Assembly: GCA_038889235.1 (NCBI GenBank)
Contig: JAWAHN010000003.1
Location: 193,673 to 257,672 of the forward strand
Direction: 5' to 3'
Source of the DNA: Candidatus Jordarchaeales archaeon
GTDB lineage: Archaea; Asgardarchaeota; Jordiarchaeia; Jordiarchaeales; Freyrarchaeaceae
DNA length: 64,000 bases
Shown here: one piece after another, positions 59,796-64,000 of the stretch
Numbering within the stretch: position 1 is the first letter of the stretch
Layout of the letters: the number at the start of each line of letters is the position of its first letter
Made by a program: the position numbers and the translations under genes
The notes under the pieces: model-generated
The model's database searches: none
What the model was told of the DNA's origin: nothing
What the model saw: the letters and a program-made list of their open reading frames with translations, nothing else

Positions 59796-60849
59796 ATTTT
59801 CTCCCCTTCTTTATTAAGAGATAAGCGAAAAAAGGTATTCCGACGAAGGAGGTTATCACGCCTATAGGCAGCTCAACGGGCTTCATGGCAACCCTCGCAA
59901 GTATATCTGCGGCCAAGAGGAGGTTTGCCCCAGAAATGGAAGATAGGGGGAGGAGGAGTCTGTGGTCGTTTCCCAAGGACAGCCTTATCATGTGGGGGAT
60001 GACGAGGCCCACGAAGCCTATTATCCCGGTGAAGGCTACGCACACGCTCGCCAGTAGGGCTGCGACGACCATCATCCCCCTTCTGAAGAGCTTAACGTTG
60101 ACGCCCATCTGCGCCGCTTGCTCGTCCCCAAGCATGAAGACATTGAAGGTCCTCGCCAGCAGTAAGCAGACGAGTATGAGGGAAACTACTGTGGGGGCGA
60201 GAACATATACTTCATCCCACTTCGTGTACGCGACGCTCCCATAAATCCAGAAGAGAACACCGTGAAGCTCCTTATCACTTGTAACTATTATCAGCGTGGT
60301 CATCGATGAGAATGCAACCCCAACTATAACTCCGCCAAGGACGAAGCTCAGCGGCGTCTCGCCTGAAGCCCTATAGATGAGGAAGGTGATCGTGAAAGCT
60401 GTCAGGCCGCCGGCGAAAGCGGCAACAGAGAGGGAGACAGACTGGGCGACACCCGTAAGCCACGAGGTCAGCAGGAAGAGAACGGCGCCGAAGGCAGCGC
60501 CAGACGAAACCCCACTAATGTAGGGGTCGACGAGCGGGTTCCTCACAAGAGCCTGCATTATCGTTCCAGAAACAGCCAAGCCGGAGCCGACGAGAATAGC
60601 CGTGATAGTCCTCGGGATCCTAGAATAGTATAGTATGGAGTCAAGGGATAGGTCTACGCCGGGCGGCAACAAGCTGCCACTAATAGGTCCACCGAAAATA
60701 ATAAGCCGGTGGAGAGAGGCGAGAACATCCCACAGGCTGGCCTCCTTCAACCCAAAAACAAGGGACGAAAGAGAGAGAACGAAAAGGACGACCAAGGAGA
60801 TAACAGACAACACGATGAGAAGGAGAATCTTACGCCTAACAACACTCAA
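59785..60849 (-). CDS. FecCD-family ABC permease (BtuC-like)
   Basis: 354-aa polytopic membrane protein; overlaps the ATPase gene by 11 nt. Confidence 0.7.
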   Translation of the reverse strand: MSVVRRKILLLIVLSVISLVVLFVLSLSSLVFGLKEASLWDVLASLHRLIIFGGPISGSLLPPGVDLSLDSILYYSRIPRTITAILVGSGLAVSGTIMQALVRNPLVDPYISGVSSGAAFGAVLFLLTSWLTGVAQSVSLSVAAFAGGLTAFTITFLIYRASGETPLSFVLGGVIVGVAFSSMTTLIIVTSDKELHGVLFWIYGSVAYTKWDEVYVLAPTVVSLILVCLLLARTFNVFMLGDEQAAQMGVNVKLFRRGMMVVAALLASVCVAFTGIIGFVGLVIPHMIRLSLGNDHRLLLPLSSISGANLLLAADILARVAMKPVELPIGVITSFVGIPFFAYLLIKKGRKYGM

Positions 60850-60861
60850 ATAGCAACCCTC

Positions 60862-62037
60862 CTATACGAAAAAAGAAAAAAAGAGGGGATGGCGGGCGAG
60901 ACTCATAGCAGGAACAAAGCTCGGTAAACAAACGTTCTGCGAAACACAACTCGGGCAAGAAGCAGACGACGACTCCAGTATTAGCGAGGAAATGTAGTTT
61001 CTGTAGTTGCCGTCATCTATAACATGTGGATCTGGGAATGACGCGTTGAAGATTTCTGGGAACAGTATGTGGGCTAGGAGCTCAACGGCTTCAGCAACCC
61101 TAGGCCCGGGCCTAGCGAACAGGTTGTCGGCTTGACCACGGAGGAAGAATATCTTGTTATTCTGGTAGGCTGGAGTGTTGGCGAGAGGAGTGTTAGCCAT
61201 CTTATTTAGAACCTCACGGGGGTTTAGCAACCCGTGGTGGTCCAGTATCACTATTACTTCTGGGTCACTGTAGGCTGCCTTTTCCAGATTCAGATTGTCG
61301 CTAATCCACGCTTGATTAATATTGTTGTATATGTTGATGCCGCCTGCCCGCGTTATGATCTCGTTAAGGAAAGTCGGGCTGCCAGTCGTCCAAAGATATC
61401 CTCCGTCGATGTCGAGCCAGACGCAGACGAGCACTTTAACTTGTTGTTGCCCTGAAATTTTTTCATTAACATAGTTTATTTTTTCTCTCATGGCGTTCAC
61501 GAGTCTCTGGGCTGCTTCCACGCTTCTAGAGTTTGTGGCGGAGGCGAAGAACGAGCCGAGCTGGTGTATTGTTGACTCTATTTGCTCAAATGACTCGCCG
61601 CGGCTGAGTAGGAGGAAGGGTATCCCCTGTTCTAGGAGTTTCTCCGCTATCTTGAGTTGTGCAGACACGCCTGCGTCCAATAAGACCAAGGTTGGTTTGA
61701 GAACTATTATTGATTCTAGGCTGGGGTTCCACCAACTTATGTTATTATAGACTTTTCCTGAGGCGATCATTGACTGAAGTTTTGGCGGGTAGTCGCAGTA
61801 CTTCGTGCAGCCTACTAGGTAGTCTTCGAGCCCTAAGCCGAAGACTATCTCGGTTATAGAGGGGGCCATGGAGACGACTCTCAGTCCCGTTGGGAAGCCG
61901 GTGAACATCAGGTAGGTTGCGGTTATGGTGTTCAACTGGTTGGCTCTTTGGATGTTCAGCAACATGTATGTTGAGGTAGCGGTCATGCCGACTATGATCA
62001 CTGCAATCAACAGCGCTGCTACCGAGCGGGTGTTCAC
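60862..62037 (-). CDS. periplasmic-type substrate-binding protein (BtuF/siderophore family) of the ABC importer
   Basis: N-terminal TM/signal anchor; class III SBP-like size; first gene of the minus-strand cluster. Confidence 0.55.
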   Translation of the reverse strand: MNTRSVAALLIAVIIVGMTATSTYMLLNIQRANQLNTITATYLMFTGFPTGLRVVSMAPSITEIVFGLGLEDYLVGCTKYCDYPPKLQSMIASGKVYNNISWWNPSLESIIVLKPTLVLLDAGVSAQLKIAEKLLEQGIPFLLLSRGESFEQIESTIHQLGSFFASATNSRSVEAAQRLVNAMREKINYVNEKISGQQQVKVLVCVWLDIDGGYLWTTGSPTFLNEIITRAGGINIYNNINQAWISDNLNLEKAAYSDPEVIVILDHHGLLNPREVLNKMANTPLANTPAYQNNKIFFLRGQADNLFARPGPRVAEAVELLAHILFPEIFNASFPDPHVIDDGNYRNYISSLILESSSASCPSCVSQNVCLPSFVPAMSLARHPLFFSFFV

Positions 62038-62063
62038 TTTAATCCTCCTCCAATAGGTTTATA

Positions 62064-62100
62064 TAGGATAAACTATCACTTGTGGGATAAATTATCCTAT
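62064..62100. promoter_or_regulatory. candidate operator: 9-bp inverted repeat ATAGGATAA/TTATCCTAT spaced by 19 nt in the divergent cobT / btuF-cob promoter
   Basis: Read directly: ataggataaactatcacttgtgggataaattatcctat; also contains a direct repeat GGATAAAyTATC. Confidence 0.3.
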
Positions 62101-62155
62101 TAAGGCTCGAAGACTACTTGTATTTAAATGTTGCGCGTCGAAGTGGAAGCTCCGG

Positions 62156-63271
62156 GTGATAAAGATGGCTTGGGAAAAGGAGGTTTTGCTGGTTCATAAT
62201 GAGACGGGTGCGAGGAAGTTTCTCCGAGAGCTGGAAGGTGAAGAGCCTGTTTTCGTTTGCGTTATAGGGAACACTGAGACGGCGAAGATTCCCGGGATCT
62301 CTGCCGCTGGAAGGAATCCGGAGTTGACTGATTACACGCCCGCCGCTGACGTCGAACTTCTTTTCTATGGAGAGTGTAAGTGCATTGACGGGGTTCCGGT
62401 AACGCCTGAAGGGATTCCGACCCCAGCGCTCATCACTAGGGCGGCTTTAACTCTTTCCCAGGTGCCGGTCTTCGTCGTTAACGGTGGGGTTAGGGTTAAG
62501 CCGCTCGTCCCCTTCATTGAGCTTGGGGGTAGCCCGGGTGAGGACATAAGGACTGGGCGGGCTGTTAGAGACGCGGGGAGGGTTATTGAGAGGGCTGAGA
62601 TAGCTGGGCGGAGTTTTTCGAAGGTCGCGGACTACATTGTTGTTGGTGAAAGCGTTCCTGGAGGGACTACGACCGCTCTCGGAGTGCTGCTCGCGATGGG
62701 TGTCGACGCTAGGGGTATGGTCAGCAGCAGCATGTCTGAGAACCCCCATGGGTTGAAGGAGCGAGTCGTCGAGGAGGGGTTAAGGGCTGCCGGGGTTAAG
62801 CCGGGCGACTTGAAGGATGACCCTGTAGCGGCTGTCTCGGCTGTGGGTGACCCTATGATGGCTGCTTTTGCCGGCTTCGTAGTTGGAGCGGCGTTGAACA
62901 GGCCTGTGCTTATGGCTGGTGGTACGCAGATGGCTGCCGTGCTCTCGGTTGTTAGGGGGCTGAAGCCCGAGGTTTTGGACAATGTAGCTATAGGAACCAC
63001 TAGGTGGATAGCTCAGGATAGGACCTCGAACATAAGGAGATTGGTGTCCCAGATATGGGATGTGCCGGTGGTTGCCGCCAACCTAGACTTCTCGGCCTCG
63101 GAGATAGAGGGGCTGAGGGCTTACGAGAAGGGAGTGGTTAAGGAGGGCGTAGGTGCAGGGGGCGCGACTATAAGCGCAGTACTCAAGACGGAGGGGAAAG
63201 TCACGTGTGACGAAGTCAGGAAGATGGTTGAAAAAGAGTACAGAAGACTGGTCGGAGGACGCGTAAAATAG
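62156..63271 (+). CDS. cobT: archaeal-type nicotinate-nucleotide-dimethylbenzimidazole phosphoribosyltransferase (UPF0284/CobT)
   Basis: 371 aa; VIGNTETAKIPGISAAG N-terminal pattern of the MJ1598-like CobT family; divergent from the corrinoid cluster. Confidence 0.5.
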   Translation: MIKMAWEKEVLLVHNETGARKFLRELEGEEPVFVCVIGNTETAKIPGISAAGRNPELTDYTPAADVELLFYGECKCIDGVPVTPEGIPTPALITRAALTLSQVPVFVVNGGVRVKPLVPFIELGGSPGEDIRTGRAVRDAGRVIERAEIAGRSFSKVADYIVVGESVPGGTTTALGVLLAMGVDARGMVSSSMSENPHGLKERVVEEGLRAAGVKPGDLKDDPVAAVSAVGDPMMAAFAGFVVGAALNRPVLMAGGTQMAAVLSVVRGLKPEVLDNVAIGTTRWIAQDRTSNIRRLVSQIWDVPVVAANLDFSASEIEGLRAYEKGVVKEGVGAGGATISAVLKTEGKVTCDEVRKMVEKEYRRLVGGRVK

Positions 63272-63321
63272 GTGGGGTGCGAGAGGGGCTTAGAAGTCGC
63301 CGGCCTGCATGGTAAAAGGTG

Positions 63322-64000
63322 TTAGAGGTGTTTTTCGAGCCATTCTTCGAGGTCGCTTAGGGGTTTTTCTTTCCCAATTTCGTTGTATACTTCGTGGCGG
63401 TATCCTTCGTAGACTTTGAGCGTCTTATCCTTGGATGGGATAATCTCGTAGAGGTCTTTAGCGCTTCCAGGTTCGAACGCGATGTCGGCGCTTCCAACCT
63501 GTATGAGGCATGGTACGTTTATTTTCGTTGCTTCCTTCGCTGCTCTAAAAGTGCTGTAGTAGACTTCTGCTAGCAGGCGCGCGCTCGCCTTCTTCGAAAC
63601 CAGCGGGTCGTTCACGTACGCTTCAACAACTTTCTCATCCCTGCTTATGAACGATGGATCCCATGGAAGAGCGAACTTAGCTTTTGGCGCGGCTCTCGCT
63701 ATTAAGGCTAAGAGCGCTTTCACCAGGGGTGAAACTTTCCCGGGACGTGCCCCCGTTCCTGAAAGTATCAGGCCAGCTATCCCCTCTGGGTATTTTGCCA
63801 TGTAGAGCATAGCTATTAGGCTCCCCATGGAGTGTCCAAGCATGAAGATCTTTTTCCTCCTCTCTTTCTCCCGGACGAGGCTGACGAACAGCTTTAGGTC
63901 TTCGACGAACTCTTCGAAGCGCTTCACGTGCGCCCTCTCACCTTCGGATTTCCCGTGCCCTCTATGGTCTAGAGCGTAGACCGCGTAGCCCTTAGGTACA
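63322..64000 (-). CDS. alpha/beta hydrolase (lysophospholipase/esterase-like), 5' end beyond window
   Basis: GHSMGS nucleophile elbow; ORF stays open upstream of the annotated Met to the window edge (..HGKSEGERAH..). Confidence 0.55.
   Translation of the reverse strand, partial: VPKGYAVYALDHRGHGKSEGERAHVKRFEEFVEDLKLFVSLVREKERRKKIFMLGHSMGSLIAMLYMAKYPEGIAGLILSGTGARPGKVSPLVKALLALIARAAPKAKFALPWDPSFISRDEKVVEAYVNDPLVSKKASARLLAEVYYSTFRAAKEATKINVPCLIQVGSADIAFEPGSAKDLYEIIPSKDKTLKVYEGYRHEVYNEIGKEKPLSDLEEWLEKHL

Noticed and set aside
1-64000. CRISPR arrays, rRNA and tRNA genes
   Set aside because: No regularly spaced direct repeats and no rRNA-like conserved stretches were seen. No convincing tRNA cloverleaf (no GTTC-type T-loop contexts in intergenic DNA) was found by eye. 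A tRNAscan/Infernal run would be needed to exclude small RNAs.

Overview
This window looks like a GC-rich (roughly 55-60% in housekeeping genes) archaeal chromosome segment, most likely from a hyperthermophilic crenarchaeote. The evidence is a reverse gyrase gene, frequent TTG/GTG starts, 4-nt start/stop overlaps within operons, and KaiC-like, Lhr, V4R and archaeal-type CobT/aPGM genes. About 57 protein-coding genes or gene remnants can be supported; no rRNA, tRNA or CRISPR array could be recognised by eye. Recognisable blocks are as follows. (i) An ABC-2 transporter and an Lhr helicase-metallophosphoesterase operon. (ii) A stand-alone, non-canonical NurA-like nuclease (639 aa, with an inserted winged-helix segment) paired with a HerA-like ATPase (609 aa), flanked by ORF-free DNA. 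I consider this the best candidate for an undescribed defence or DNA-processing module. (iii) Tandem small membrane-protein paralogues, tandem DGC-domain proteins and tandem KaiC-like ATPases. (iv) An alcohol dehydrogenase and aldehyde:ferredoxin oxidoreductase locus. (v) A COG1205/MrfA-like helicase divergent from reverse gyrase. (vi) A MoxR AAA+ ATPase next to a 1157-aa VWA protein carrying about ten 36-aa helical repeats. (vii) A 3-kb lower-GC islet with two paralogous HEPN-MNT toxin-antitoxin modules, one intact and one in which both genes are broken by independent frameshifts (a T6 homopolymer indel and a 13-nt tandem duplication). (viii) A corrinoid salvage and uptake cluster (btuFCD-like transporter, cobD, cbiB, cbiZ, cobS, cobY, divergent archaeal cobT) with a candidate operator inverted repeat in the divergent promoter. 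All product calls rest on motifs read directly from the translations (Walker motifs, Cys clusters, catalytic signatures) plus family knowledge. No database searches were run.
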